A stretch of 64,000 nt of DNA from an uncultured Litoreibacter sp. GTDB lineage: Bacteria > Pseudomonadota > Alphaproteobacteria > Rhodobacterales > Rhodobacteraceae. The DNA lies in the NCBI GenBank assembly GCA_947494435.1, contig CANLUY010000004.1, positions 8,106-72,105 on the forward strand. Direction: 5' to 3'. The position numbers and the translations under genes were made by a program. Numbering within the stretch: the stretch's first letter is position 1; every line of letters begins with the position of its first letter. Shown here piece after piece: positions 45,091 to 55,049 of the stretch. The notes under the pieces were generated by a model that saw only the letters and a program-made list of their open reading frames with translations, was not told where the DNA came from and searched no databases.

Positions 45091-46952
45091 CAGTGTGTCT
45101 GGCCGCGGTCGGTTTCACCGTCGACAAGATCTGCGCGGTCGCGTTCATATTCCCTGTCCGCGATTTCTTCGACAACGGTTCGCGCGGCTTCGCTGTTGGC
45201 CGTCGCCGCGTCTGATTGCAGATAGGCTTTTGCTGCATAGAGACGATCAAGGCGATCTTCGATCTGGGCTTTGAAAACATCCGCATCGCCGTTTCGCAAT
45301 GCAGCTACTTGCGCGTCATCCAACTCCCGCTCAACCGCGTCACGGTAATTCTGGCGTGCGTCGTCATCGGCGAAGGGAGACGAAAGATTGCCGTCCCTCT
45401 CGTGTGCAATGACACGTTGAACTTCCTCATTGGCATTGGGTCCGCCTGCGGTCTCCCACCCGACCTCTCGTGCCGTGACGCTGTTGCGATCAAACAAGTC
45501 CTCGCGGAACTCTTCGATCACCCCGTCTTCGCGCAAGACCTGCTCGCGCTCTAGAGTGATCCCCAACTGAACATGGACGCGATTCAGGGTTTCTCGCGCC
45601 TGCTCAAGATCCGCACGGCGTTCCAGATTGAGCCCATCCGTTTCAGCAACCCGCACCAGATCATCCGCGATCCACTGGCGCTCGAGCGCTGCATTTTGCG
45701 CACCTGCCTCCATTCGAGCCACGACGACACCAGTGCTGATCCCGGTGCCGCGCAGGGCCGTATCGACTTGTGCTCGTACATCCGGGTCTTGCAAGCGATC
45801 CAGTTGCTGGCGTTCGATGTTGTCCTCAGAATAGACCCCGCCTTCTGATGGTCGCTCTGTCAGGGTCACAGACCGCAGCCCCAGTGGCTGCATATGTGCC
45901 AGACGCGCCTGAATCTCGTTCAGGCTCTTCTCCAATTTCGGACGCTGAACCTCTGGTGTCTCTGCAATCATACCTTGGATCCGCGCAACCTGATCCGCAT
46001 AGCGGGTCTTTAGATCGTCAAAGCTCTGCTCTTCGGCCATATAGATGCCTCCTTCCAAGTTGAGCCGCCCGCCCTGCGCCAACATTTCGCCGGCGCGGAA
46101 CAACGCATCGGCAATATCATCCCGGTTCTCGCGCGACGCCTCGGCCGCCAGTGACTGGTAAATCTCACGGGTGTTTGCGATCTCGGCCAAGGCGCGCTCC
46201 AAGTCAGCACCGACGCGCTCTCGTTGCTCCGCCTCGCGCCCCTCGTTCTTGGCGGCATAAACCTCGCGCGTCCTCGGCGAGTAATGAACCACACCACGAT
46301 CAATGCGGCGGGTGGCTTCTAGACGGACACCGTATTTCTCGGCTTCCTCGACCATCGCCAGCCGAAAGTCGTCGTAGTTGAACCGATGGTTCCGCGCCAA
46401 ATAGAAGAATTCTCCCTCCTGCGACCGGCGGTTCAGGACGATATGGGCATGGGGGTGATCGCGGTCTTCATGAACAGCGATGATGTAGTCAAAGTGCCCG
46501 TCGTCATTCTGAAAAAACCGCTCAGCAACGTCTGAAGCGATGTCGCGTACATCCCCTCCATCCGTTCCAATCGGAAATGACATCAGCATATGTGTGGTCT
46601 GTCCGAGCTTGGGTTTGAACCCCGCGCTCCACCGTTTGGCAAAGCGCTCAGTCAGGTCTTTGATCTCGCGATTGTCCAGCTTGGATTTTCCATCCAGGAA
46701 CCCGCTGCTATCGACGATATGGGTAGACTTGGTGGTCAGATATCCAAGTTGGTTCGACAGTTCTGATTTGGAGTTTGTGCCTCCACCTCGGATCGCTTTG
46801 AAGACCGCCGCCCGGTGCCCGGCAGCGGCCCGAACAAGCTGCCGCTGCTTGGACACGTGCAGCCCTTGCATCGAGCCCCGGATGCGGCTCCAGCCATCCT
46901 GGAAGACTTCACCGGTAACCGCGTCGACGGCATCATTCAGCCGCATGCGCAA
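45090..46952 (-). CDS. virD2: VirD2-like MOBP relaxase
   Basis: AVFKAIRGGG..LGYL (motif I Tyr), THMLMSFP, AVHEDRDHPHAHIVLNR (HUH). Confidence 0.92.
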   Translation of the reverse strand: MRMRLNDAVDAVTGEVFQDGWSRIRGSMQGLHVSKQRQLVRAAAGHRAAVFKAIRGGGTNSKSELSNQLGYLTTKSTHIVDSSGFLDGKSKLDNREIKDLTERFAKRWSAGFKPKLGQTTHMLMSFPIGTDGGDVRDIASDVAERFFQNDDGHFDYIIAVHEDRDHPHAHIVLNRRSQEGEFFYLARNHRFNYDDFRLAMVEEAEKYGVRLEATRRIDRGVVHYSPRTREVYAAKNEGREAEQRERVGADLERALAEIANTREIYQSLAAEASRENRDDIADALFRAGEMLAQGGRLNLEGGIYMAEEQSFDDLKTRYADQVARIQGMIAETPEVQRPKLEKSLNEIQARLAHMQPLGLRSVTLTERPSEGGVYSEDNIERQQLDRLQDPDVRAQVDTALRGTGISTGVVVARMEAGAQNAALERQWIADDLVRVAETDGLNLERRADLEQARETLNRVHVQLGITLEREQVLREDGVIEEFREDLFDRNSVTAREVGWETAGGPNANEEVQRVIAHERDGNLSSPFADDDARQNYRDAVERELDDAQVAALRNGDADVFKAQIEDRLDRLYAAKAYLQSDAATANSEAARTVVEEIADREYERDRADLVDGETDRGQTH

Positions 46953-47514
46953 ACTCCCTCAACGCGGCAGTGGCCACGAGTTGCATCGCGTCTCGACGGC
47001 GGCGGACAAGCAAATCGATCTCATCCGCGCTGTCGAGAATGAAGCGTGCCAGCCCGCGCATCTGGGCGAGACGGAGCTCGGAGAACTCAGGGCCAGCCCC
47101 CTGCCCTATCCGGTTCGCTTGCGTCATCTGCTTTGCGATCTGCGCGACACCATTCCCAACCTCATGCAGAGACGCCCGATAGCGCGCCATCTCAGCAGCC
47201 AATTGGACGTCCGGAACAAAGGTCCCGCCCGCCGCTTGGATGAGCCTCCGAAGCCCTTCCGAGCGCGTCTCGATCCCCGCTGACGCCAGCACCGCATCGA
47301 AGGCTTGAAGTTCTTCAGGCGTGAGCTTCACGGTGACGGCAGAAGTCGCGACACCCGTATCCTTCTGGCGCTCCGCATCCGCTTTCACAACGTAGCGCAC
47401 GGCCCGCGATGTTACTCCGAACCTCTCCGCCAACAAGGATGATGAGACACCATCCGCAGCCTCGCGCACGATCTCCATCTTCTCGAGCTCAGTAAGTCGT
47501 TTCGCCTGTGACAT
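46933..47514 (-). CDS. MobC-like relaxosome accessory protein with N-terminal HTH
   Basis: LAERFGVTSRAVRYV HTH, RHH-like RSEGLRRLI, LHEVGNGVAQIAK; overlaps relaxase start. Confidence 0.7.
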   Translation of the reverse strand: MSQAKRLTELEKMEIVREAADGVSSSLLAERFGVTSRAVRYVVKADAERQKDTGVATSAVTVKLTPEELQAFDAVLASAGIETRSEGLRRLIQAAGGTFVPDVQLAAEMARYRASLHEVGNGVAQIAKQMTQANRIGQGAGPEFSELRLAQMRGLARFILDSADEIDLLVRRRRDAMQLVATAALREFAHAAE

Positions 47515-47700
47515 GCGGAAGAAAGCCCCCCTATTTCCTGCCACCTTCATACAAGGCCGCAATTATCATACGAGAATATACATAGCTGTCAATAATATAC
47601 TTATGGGGATTTGGTGAATGTGGCCTTGTATTCCGCTTCTCGCCGAGCACCGCAGGTGCGAGGTCGCACCCGAAAGGGCGCTCAGAATGCATTTTGTTGC
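47515..47700. other. Candidate oriT region
   Basis: Non-coding DNA upstream of mobC-relaxase; TATTTCCTG/CCA at 47532-47543 resembles MOBP nic sites; overlapping hairpins 47645-47683. Confidence 0.5.
47565..47601 (-). promoter_or_regulatory. mobC-virD2-virD4 promoter (TTGACA-N16-TATGAT) overlapped by conjugation motif copy 3
   Basis: -35 at 47592-47587, -10 at 47570-47565; AATATAC-N8-CAATAATATACT at 47575-47601. Confidence 0.65.
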
Positions 47701-47900
47701 GGAGATCACTAAATATTCGCGAGGTGACCAATCATGACCATGCAGGGCCAATCTAACTTGGATCGCAGTTCTGCGCGGACACTTCAAAAGGCCGCATAAA
47801 TGCGTCCAGAAAAGCAGTGAAAGCTCCATGGCCTTAGTTGTGAGCACGGAAATAAAGAAGCAAACGCCATGGCTGGCGACTGCTTAGATTTCAAGCCATT

Positions 47901-48128
47901 TCAGGCAGCGTTGCCATTGTGATCCGTAAGAGACATTGCATCTGTGACGCTGACGAACAGTGGAGTGATTAAGTACTCACCACCTGGCGCATTTGGCGGT
48001 GTGACAGCAACGATGGCGGAGACAGGTTCACCATCTAGAAAGCACGAGAACAACGCAAAGTTATCATGGTCTCCTGATGTCAGCGCCTCGAAGGCGCTGA
48101 CATGTATGGGGCGAATATTTGTACTCAT
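47901..48128 (-). CDS. Small hypothetical leading-region protein
   Basis: FEALTSGDHDNFALFSCFLDGEPVSAIVAV, ITPLFVSV; coupled to DUF2958 gene. Confidence 0.7.
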   Translation of the reverse strand: MSTNIRPIHVSAFEALTSGDHDNFALFSCFLDGEPVSAIVAVTPPNAPGGEYLITPLFVSVTDAMSLTDHNGNAA

Positions 48129-48484
48129 GCCAGGATCCTTCCGGCATCGCGGGCACGTTCGGCGTATACGCTGAGAGGGGCATCTGCTTGGAAGTGCAAG
48201 TCGCGTTCGATCGGCAAGCCAAGGCGACCGCGATGAGCCAAAAGTACACTGATCCGGACAGAGCCAAGTTCGGGAAATCCAAGGCCGAGATCACAAAGAC
48301 CAAACGCGATATCTGGATCATCAGGTTCGGTCTCAGAGAGGAGCCAGGTCGCGCCTCCGTCAGGTGTGAAGATTTTGACCACTGGCACGTGGTCAATGGT
48401 GTCTTCGCCGGCTTGGATGCGAGTGAAGTTTGCTTGGCCATTGGCGGCAAGTTGATCGAGAATTTTCTGTGGCAAGAGGTTCAT
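48125..48484 (-). CDS. DUF2958-domain protein
   Basis: PVVKIFTPDGGATWLLSE, AFGLCDLGLGFPELGSV, IERDLHF. Confidence 0.85.
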   Translation of the reverse strand: MNLLPQKILDQLAANGQANFTRIQAGEDTIDHVPVVKIFTPDGGATWLLSETEPDDPDIAFGLCDLGLGFPELGSVRISVLLAHRGRLGLPIERDLHFQADAPLSVYAERARDAGRILA

Positions 48485-48552
48485 ACGACTGTCCTTCAGG
48501 AATTTGGTTGTGAAGTTCGAGAGGGCCACCTGCCCTCCCGCGAGGTGGGCGT

Positions 48553-48753
48553 TCACTCGACGACCGGTGCATCGTCGGGGTCCGCCTTCGGCTCGAAGAG
48601 GACCAATTCGCCGTTGATCGGATTTGCAAAGAGCTGGATGGTCATGAAAGACTTGGCACCTTCGTTTTGAGGGAAGGCGACGCCAACTTTGTGAAAGCGC
48701 GTCTTGCCGTCTTTGCCGGTGTCGGGGGTTGTGACTGTGTAATATTTGGTCAT
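48553..48753 (-). CDS. 66-aa plasmid protein with acidic tail (possible ssDNA-binding)
   Basis: KDGKTRFHKVGVAFP, GELVLFEPKADPDD; RBS AAAGGA. Confidence 0.7.
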   Translation of the reverse strand: MTKYYTVTTPDTGKDGKTRFHKVGVAFPQNEGAKSFMTIQLFANPINGELVLFEPKADPDDAPVVE

Positions 48754-48794
48754 GTCGGTTTCCTTTCGTTTTCGATGCAAACGAGAAACCGGGA

Positions 48795-48889
48795 CCGGTC
48801 GGACTGGCTGTCACGCAGAACTTTGCTCCGCGCGGAATGGACGCGCAGCGGACAGGGGAAAGTTCTGCTTGAAGGGAGCCTGCGACCGG
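48795..48889. promoter_or_regulatory. Long imperfect hairpin, candidate single-stranded-DNA promoter (Frpo/ssi-like)
   Basis: CCGGTCG/CGACCGG outer and GCAGAACTTT/AAAGTTCTGC inner stems; homologous to 63417-63557. Confidence 0.6.
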
Positions 48890-49277
48890 CAGACAGGTCA
48901 GGTCACGGAGATTGCATCAGGAAGAAGACGAGAGGAAACCGACTGAGCAAGTTATGGCCACGACAACACCCGATTGACATGATGGTTTGAGCGTGGTTCA
49001 TAATGGCGATCGTTCATCTGCGAATTGTGCCTGTCAGGAATGAAATCCCTACCCGCCATCTGGCTTTTTGGTAGATGTTTGAGCGCAGATCCGTTGGCGA
49101 GCGCCGATTTGTACAGGACAAGACTTCTAGCCAGCAGAATGGTCGGGCCTGAATAACATCCTGCGAAGACGGCAGACCCCAAGCAACCAGTGACCCGGCA
49201 AGTGGCGAGATCAATATCATTGGCGCTCATTTCAAGTGGACTGTTCTAGTAAGTGGCTGGGTGCTTCGTTTGAGGAG

Positions 49278-49390
49278 GCAGCCGTTCATACAATGAGCCG
49301 CGAACGGCAGGAGAGAGCCCAAAGTGCAAAATGCTGCACCTTGCAACAAGGACCGAGATCTGCGGAAAGCCGTCTTTGATCTTAGCCAAA
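49278..49390 (+). repeat. Degenerate ~45-bp modular repeat units at cargo boundary
   Basis: GCAGCCGTTC...GCGAACGGCAGG...GAGCCCAAAG; 12-mer GCGAACGGCAGG recurs at 56873. Confidence 0.5.
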
Positions 49391-49510
49391 CCGGCCCATC
49401 GGTGACATTTGCCGGTTGGTAGAAACCTTTAAGAAGTTCTGCCTATTGTTCTTTCTAGAAAAGAAATCTCGGACTACGCCCCAGAACAACTACACGACGG
49501 TTGGCCAATT

Positions 49511-50191
49511 CTATGCCGCTGAAGTGTTCAATTTCCCTTCAAAAAGCGCGTTGACCTTCTCAGCTATTGCTTTCCCAAGATCTCGATTGTTTTCCGCCGT
49601 GAAATGGATCCCATCGACTCCGTCAGTGCTGATGTGATCACCGGCGTTTAAGAAATGCACTTTCATGAAGTCCGCGAGATCGCCGTAGAGCTTGGCAAAC
49701 TCCTGAGATTTCTCATGGGCGCCTCCGAACAGTGACTGGAAATAGGCGTGCGGCATGGGCGTCAGCGGTGGCGGTGCTATGATCAGAACCTCAGGTGCCG
49801 GATAGGTCGTACCAACCCCACCGGCAGACCCGAGAACCTGACCCACGAGTTTTGACATGCCAGCAGCGATCTCGAACGGGGTGCGGTGGAAGTAGGCTTT
49901 TGTGTCGTTGGTTCCCAACATCACAATGACCAAATCCAAAGGCAAATGACTTGCCAATGCGGATGGCAAATAAGCGCTGCCGTCAAGTCTGGGATCTGTT
50001 GGATCGTCCAGCATAGTAGTTCGAGCGCTCAACCCCTCTTCAATGATGGTGTAGCCGTTGCCGAGTTCCGACTGGAGCACACCCGTCCAACGTACATCGG
50101 CGGGATAGCGCGTTGTTGGAACACCCTCTTCGACGGGGATCCAGCCCCAGGTCAGGGAGTCCCCGAAGCACATGATGCGTTTGTCTGACAT
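49511..50191 (-). CDS. SGNH hydrolase, MsAcT-like aryl esterase/acyltransferase
   Basis: CFGDSLTWGW, EEGLSARTT, MLGTND, SAGGVGTTYPAP, DGIH. Confidence 0.9.
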   Translation of the reverse strand: MSDKRIMCFGDSLTWGWIPVEEGVPTTRYPADVRWTGVLQSELGNGYTIIEEGLSARTTMLDDPTDPRLDGSAYLPSALASHLPLDLVIVMLGTNDTKAYFHRTPFEIAAGMSKLVGQVLGSAGGVGTTYPAPEVLIIAPPPLTPMPHAYFQSLFGGAHEKSQEFAKLYGDLADFMKVHFLNAGDHISTDGVDGIHFTAENNRDLGKAIAEKVNALFEGKLNTSAA

Positions 50192-50215
50192 GGAGCGTAC
50201 CTCTCTAAAACAGTT

Positions 50216-51154
50216 TTAAGATTTGCGGGTGTTGAGACCGTAGAAGACCGCGGCCAAAAGGATGATCAGGCCACGCGCGATCTGTTTTCCGGGTTCGGGG
50301 ACGCCAAAACTTGTCATCACAACAAAGAGCAGTGCAAAGCACATGACGCCGAAAAACGGCCCCCAGACACCGCCATCTCCTCGTCCAAAGACGACGCCGC
50401 CCAGGATCGTTGCAGCAACAGCATCGATCGGCATTTCGAGGCCAAGACGTAGACTGCCCACAGCAACCGACGCGGATTGAACGATCGCCGCGACACCTGC
50501 GAAGAAACCAGCCAGAACGTGTGCGACAAGCACCGTGCGCTCGACCGGGACCCCGCTGAAATGGGAGGCGGTTGGGTTTTCGCCCACTGCCATGACAAAA
50601 CGACCGTAGACAAAGCGTGACAGGAAGACCGCCATCGTCATTGTCAGAACGGTCCAAACAATAACGGGCAGCGGGATCGGCCCCAGCTTCATTTTGTATA
50701 TGTCATTCATGAGTTCCGGCATGTTGCCCGGTGGTTTTCCGCTGGCGAGGAACTGGACAAAGCCAGTGATAATGACTGTCACGGCCAATGTTGCAATGAC
50801 GGCTGAGACACGACGCATTGCAACGAGATAACCGTTAAACAACCCCACTGCGCAGCCGATCGCTAAAGAAAGGATGATGATCAGGGTAAGTGGCATGTCA
50901 CCCAGTAGGCCCGATGCAATCAGATAGTTGATGAGCAGCAACACCCCCGCACCCGACAGATCAATGGAGCGGACACGCATAACAAGCATTTGCCCAAGAA
51001 CGAGGATGCCCAAGGGCGCAACTTGTCGGATAAAGATACCCATCACGTTGAGGTTCATCAGCTGCGGCTTCGTAAGCCAAAGCGTCGCCAATAGAGCCGC
51101 GAAGACGAAGTAAGCAGGTGGTATGCGGCTCGCTGATTTAAGAAACGAGGCCAT
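50216..51154 (-). CDS. Sugar ABC transporter permease (RbsC-like, CUT2)
   Basis: IDLSG, AVGENPTASHFSGV, DAVAATILGG. Confidence 0.9.
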   Translation of the reverse strand: MASFLKSASRIPPAYFVFAALLATLWLTKPQLMNLNVMGIFIRQVAPLGILVLGQMLVMRVRSIDLSGAGVLLLINYLIASGLLGDMPLTLIIILSLAIGCAVGLFNGYLVAMRRVSAVIATLAVTVIITGFVQFLASGKPPGNMPELMNDIYKMKLGPIPLPVIVWTVLTMTMAVFLSRFVYGRFVMAVGENPTASHFSGVPVERTVLVAHVLAGFFAGVAAIVQSASVAVGSLRLGLEMPIDAVAATILGGVVFGRGDGGVWGPFFGVMCFALLFVVMTSFGVPEPGKQIARGLIILLAAVFYGLNTRKS

Positions 51155-51156
51155 CC

Positions 51157-52143
51157 TTACAGCCCCATCTTCTTGCGCGATTGCATGGCCACGACCAATA
51201 GAAGGATGACGCCCTTGATCGCCCCTTGGAGGAATGCGGACAGGCCGGCGAGGTTCATGCCATTGGCCAAGAGCGCCATAAGAACAGCGCCAAGAATGCT
51301 ACCATGCAACCCGCCAACGCCACCGGACAATTGGGTGCCACCGATTGCGACGGCTGTGATGGAATCTAATGCAAACTGCGAGCCCACACCGGGATCTCCA
51401 GATGCGATCCTGCCAGCAATGAAGGTCCCTGCTAGCGCCGCAAAAAGGGCGCTGAAAACATAAGCGATTATGATACTGCGTCCGTCTTTTAGGCCAAAGT
51501 TGTGCGCTGTATCGTCTTGGCCCGATGCAACCCCACCCCCTATCGCGAAGAGATACAGTCCAAAGCGGGATCCATGTAGGATCTTCCAGCCGAGTGCCAC
51601 GACAAAGATCGCCCAAAAGACGGGAGCTGGAACCCCAAAGACCGAACCCGTCACTAGACTGACTACGAGATCAGGGACTGATCCTCCTGCCACTGGACGC
51701 AAAATTTGGGCGATGCCCAATACAATGAACTGCATCGAAAGGGTCGCAATAATTGGGTGGACGTTGAGCCTGACAATCGCCACGCCATTCACAATACCAA
51801 TGAGAACGGCCGCCAAGAACACGAGAGGGATTAACACGAGGGGCGATCCGTCAAGCGCCAGGATGGCGGTAGTCAAGCTCATGACGGAGCCAACCGATAA
51901 ATCCATACCGGCGAGTACGATCACGATCATTTGCCCAATCGCCACGATGATCAAAGGCATTGCCTGCGCAAGGAGATTGTTGGCATTCTGTGGTGTCGCG
52001 AAGTCATCCGTTGTCGCGAGGAGGATCAACACCGTCGTTACGATCAGGAGAAGCGCTGCCCACCAGTTACCTTGTCGTGAGTTCTTGCCAAGCCAACGAT
52101 TTGGTTTGGTGCCCGGGAGATTGTGTGTTTTGGAAGTGCTCAT
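51157..52143 (-). CDS. Sugar ABC transporter permease (RbsC-like, CUT2)
   Basis: GMDLSVGS, DSITAVAIGGTQLSGGVG. Confidence 0.9.
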   Translation of the reverse strand: MSTSKTHNLPGTKPNRWLGKNSRQGNWWAALLLIVTTVLILLATTDDFATPQNANNLLAQAMPLIIVAIGQMIVIVLAGMDLSVGSVMSLTTAILALDGSPLVLIPLVFLAAVLIGIVNGVAIVRLNVHPIIATLSMQFIVLGIAQILRPVAGGSVPDLVVSLVTGSVFGVPAPVFWAIFVVALGWKILHGSRFGLYLFAIGGGVASGQDDTAHNFGLKDGRSIIIAYVFSALFAALAGTFIAGRIASGDPGVGSQFALDSITAVAIGGTQLSGGVGGLHGSILGAVLMALLANGMNLAGLSAFLQGAIKGVILLLVVAMQSRKKMGL

Positions 52144-53633
52144 GTCTTCAGTGCCGCATTGAGGATGGCGTGTTCTGTTGCTTCGCAACCCAGCATCTTG
52201 GCGACGATCTTCCTGTCATGAACAACGAGAATGTTGTCACACAGACCGATCAGTTCGACGGTTTCGCGGGATAGCACGATGATGGCTTTACCTTGCTCTG
52301 CAAGGTCTCGAAGCAGTCGATAAATCTCGGCCTTGGCACCAATGTCGACGCCGCGCGTTGGCTCTTCGATAATGAGAATATCCATATCCGATGCGAGGTA
52401 ACGACCGAGGAGAACCTTTTGTTGGTTACCTCCTGACAGGGCACCGACCGGCATATTGGGACTTTCTGCTTTGACCCGCATCTCTTTCATGATTCGAATT
52501 ACAGTCTCCCGAAGGCGGATCAGCGGCTTAAATCCCGGGCGGGCCGACTGAAGAGAGATACCGATGTTTTCGGAGATTGGCGCCCCCAACAGAAGGCCTT
52601 CCTCTTTTCGATCTTCCGGCACGAACCCGACACGTTGGCGCTGCATTGAACGAACGCCGACCTGGCGCGCGAGGGGCAGCTTCACCGGAGTATTATTGAC
52701 AGAAAGTGCTCCGTGGGTTCCTGGAACCTGACCAATAAATGATCGAACAATCTCGCTTTGGCCTTGCCCTTCCAGACCAGCGATGCCCAATATCTCACCT
52801 GCGTGGAGGTCAAAGCTGAGAGGTTCTGTGCCCGCTGGCAGAACCAAATCCCTGCAAGACAAGACGACATGACCCAGATTGGTTGCGCGGCACGGGAACA
52901 AATCTTCAAGATCACGACCAACCATGAGAGCGATAAGCGCGTCCGGTGTAAGTGTATTAAGCGGTTGAGTTGAGACGTGTCGACCGTCTTTCATGACCGT
53001 CACGTCATCACACATGGCGAAAATCTCATCCATACGATGAGAGATGTAGATGATCGCTTTGCCTGCAGCTTTGAGTTTACGGATTTGCGCATTCAGAACC
53101 TCGACATCGGCCGCGTTCAGCGCTGCGGTCGGTTCATCGAGAATGAAAACTTGAGCGTCTGCCTTGATACCATGGGCGATCTCTACGAATTGACGTTCAG
53201 CAATGCTGAGTTCTGAAACGAGCGTATTGGGATCAATTGTCATTCCCAGCTCTGCCAAGGCATCGCTGGTACGTGCTGTCATTGCGGCACGGACTGGGAT
53301 GCCGAATTGTCCCACGATCTCTTTGCCAAGAAACATATTTTCCGCGATTGTCAGGTTGGGCAGAAGGGACAGCTCTTGAAAGACTGTCGAAATCCCTGCC
53401 GCGAGTGCTTGGCGTGGGTCCGCGAATGTGACGACCTGCCCCGCAATCCTGATTTCGCCGCTGTCTGGTCGATGCACGCCAGCGAGCATCTTCATCAACG
53501 TCGATTTGCCTGCGCCATTCTCGCCCATCAAGGCGTGGACACGGCCGGGCGAGATTTCAAAGGACACGTCATCGACAGCAAGTGTCGACCCGAATGCTTT
53601 GGTTACGCCCTTCATGGATACTGCTGGCAGCAT
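52140..53633 (-). CDS. Sugar ABC transporter double-domain ATP-binding protein (RbsA-like)
   Basis: GENGAGKST, ILDEPT, LSGGNQQK, EEPTRGVDIGAK. Confidence 0.95.
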   Translation of the reverse strand: MLPAVSMKGVTKAFGSTLAVDDVSFEISPGRVHALMGENGAGKSTLMKMLAGVHRPDSGEIRIAGQVVTFADPRQALAAGISTVFQELSLLPNLTIAENMFLGKEIVGQFGIPVRAAMTARTSDALAELGMTIDPNTLVSELSIAERQFVEIAHGIKADAQVFILDEPTAALNAADVEVLNAQIRKLKAAGKAIIYISHRMDEIFAMCDDVTVMKDGRHVSTQPLNTLTPDALIALMVGRDLEDLFPCRATNLGHVVLSCRDLVLPAGTEPLSFDLHAGEILGIAGLEGQGQSEIVRSFIGQVPGTHGALSVNNTPVKLPLARQVGVRSMQRQRVGFVPEDRKEEGLLLGAPISENIGISLQSARPGFKPLIRLRETVIRIMKEMRVKAESPNMPVGALSGGNQQKVLLGRYLASDMDILIIEEPTRGVDIGAKAEIYRLLRDLAEQGKAIIVLSRETVELIGLCDNILVVHDRKIVAKMLGCEATEHAILNAALKT

Positions 53634-53708
53634 GAAATTGAACCTTGGTGAAAGAAAGGGCGCTCCCGCGGAGTAAACTCCGTGAGAGCAAGTCTGACAG
53701 GGAGGGTG

Positions 53709-54773
53709 TCAGTTACCGTAGAGTTCCTGGAGGGTCTCTTCCGGCAATTCAGTTGGCCACCAGACGTTGGCGGAGAGATCATCGCGATAATACTCGGCGG
53801 CCTTTTCCGCGTTCCAGCCCTCGGGTTCGTAGATGTAGTGCTTGTGCAAAGCCTCACCTTCCAAAAGAGCGACAGCTGCGCGCACCCCTGCAGCAGCTTG
53901 TGAAGGGCTGTATTCCGCGACAATTGACGGGTACCCCAGCTCAAGCCATTGCCCAAAGAAGCCGTTGTTTCCCTCACCTGTGATTGGCGGGATGTCGGCT
54001 CCGAACTCTGTCAGCACATCAACGCAAGCACGGGTCATGTCCGCACCAGACGACCAGATTGCGTCGACCTGTGGGTCATTGAGATAGAAGGTTTCGCACA
54101 GGCTCTTGCCCAGGTCATAGACCCAGTTGCCGTAGTCCTCCTGAGTGATATCGATGTTGGTCCCTTCCAAGGCCTGCATCAACCCATTGTAGCGGTTGAT
54201 GTCTTCTGGATGGGACGGCAATCCACGAAGTACCCAGATTTTGCCCTCGCCACCAAGTTGCTCGACAAGAAAGTCGCCCATGACGCGGCCAAAGTTCTCC
54301 GCACCGCCTTGAATATCGACAGTGAAGTTCTGGTTTTCAGTGCGGCCAGTGTGAACGACAACAGGAATGCCAGCATCAATCGCCATTTGAATGCCTGCAT
54401 CTGCCGAAGTGGGTGTCACGGGCATGACAATCAGAACGTCAGGATCCTGAGCAATCAGATCTTCAATGTCGGCGACCTGCTTTGCTTGATCGAAGTTCGC
54501 GTCGAGCATGATGAAGTTTTCAATGCGGGCATCGCCATCTGCAATACCTTTCGCTTCGTGCGCCGTCTGGACCGTCCAAGTGTTCGCGTTTACGCCAAAG
54601 TGGCTCATTGCGATTGTCCAAGGCGCCTCTGTCTGAAAGGCGCCGGCCTCAACAATAGAATTCCCTTCCGGGCGCGGTTCGACTCCGTCCATCAGGTTTA
54701 CGTCTTGCGCGAGCGCAGACGATGCGAGCAGTGCTGCGCACACGGACAGTGTTGTCAGGCGAATGGTGGTCAT
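53709..54773 (-). CDS. Sugar ABC transporter periplasmic binding protein
   Basis: Signal peptide after RBS GGAGG; KQVADIEDLIAQDPDVLI, AGIPVV. Confidence 0.9.
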   Translation of the reverse strand: MTTIRLTTLSVCAALLASSALAQDVNLMDGVEPRPEGNSIVEAGAFQTEAPWTIAMSHFGVNANTWTVQTAHEAKGIADGDARIENFIMLDANFDQAKQVADIEDLIAQDPDVLIVMPVTPTSADAGIQMAIDAGIPVVVHTGRTENQNFTVDIQGGAENFGRVMGDFLVEQLGGEGKIWVLRGLPSHPEDINRYNGLMQALEGTNIDITQEDYGNWVYDLGKSLCETFYLNDPQVDAIWSSGADMTRACVDVLTEFGADIPPITGEGNNGFFGQWLELGYPSIVAEYSPSQAAAGVRAAVALLEGEALHKHYIYEPEGWNAEKAAEYYRDDLSANVWWPTELPEETLQELYGN

Positions 54774-54923
54774 TTTTGGGTCTCCTCCCCTATTGCGATC
54801 ATGCCTTTCCCTGCCCCAAACCGCTGTTTTGAGCGGCTGGGTCTCTGCTTGCGAAAAGCAGGTTTTGGAAAGGCGATGAGTCTCCTCCTGCGCTCGTTTC
54901 AAACAGTCTGACGGTGCCGTGTC

Positions 54924-55004
54924 AATACTTATTCAGTATGAATGAATAAGTATTTGATTGCGCACTCGTGCTTCCCCTGACACATTCATCTTAACTGAAT
55001 AAGT
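54924..55004. promoter_or_regulatory. Two ROK-type operators
   Basis: AATACTTATTCA-N7-TGAATAAGTATT (54924-54954) and ATTCA-N7-TGAATAAGT (54984-55004) between divergent operons. Confidence 0.7.
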
Positions 55005-55049
55005 CGGAGCGCATTCGAAAAGCCCGCGAAAAATGCGAGAAAAAATGAC

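Noticed and set aside
47551-47566. CAAGGCCGCAATTAT resembling the MOBQ-type rhizobial oriT core
   Set aside because: The relaxase has MOBP motifs and the sequence coincides with the predicted mobC transcription start; kept only as a secondary option
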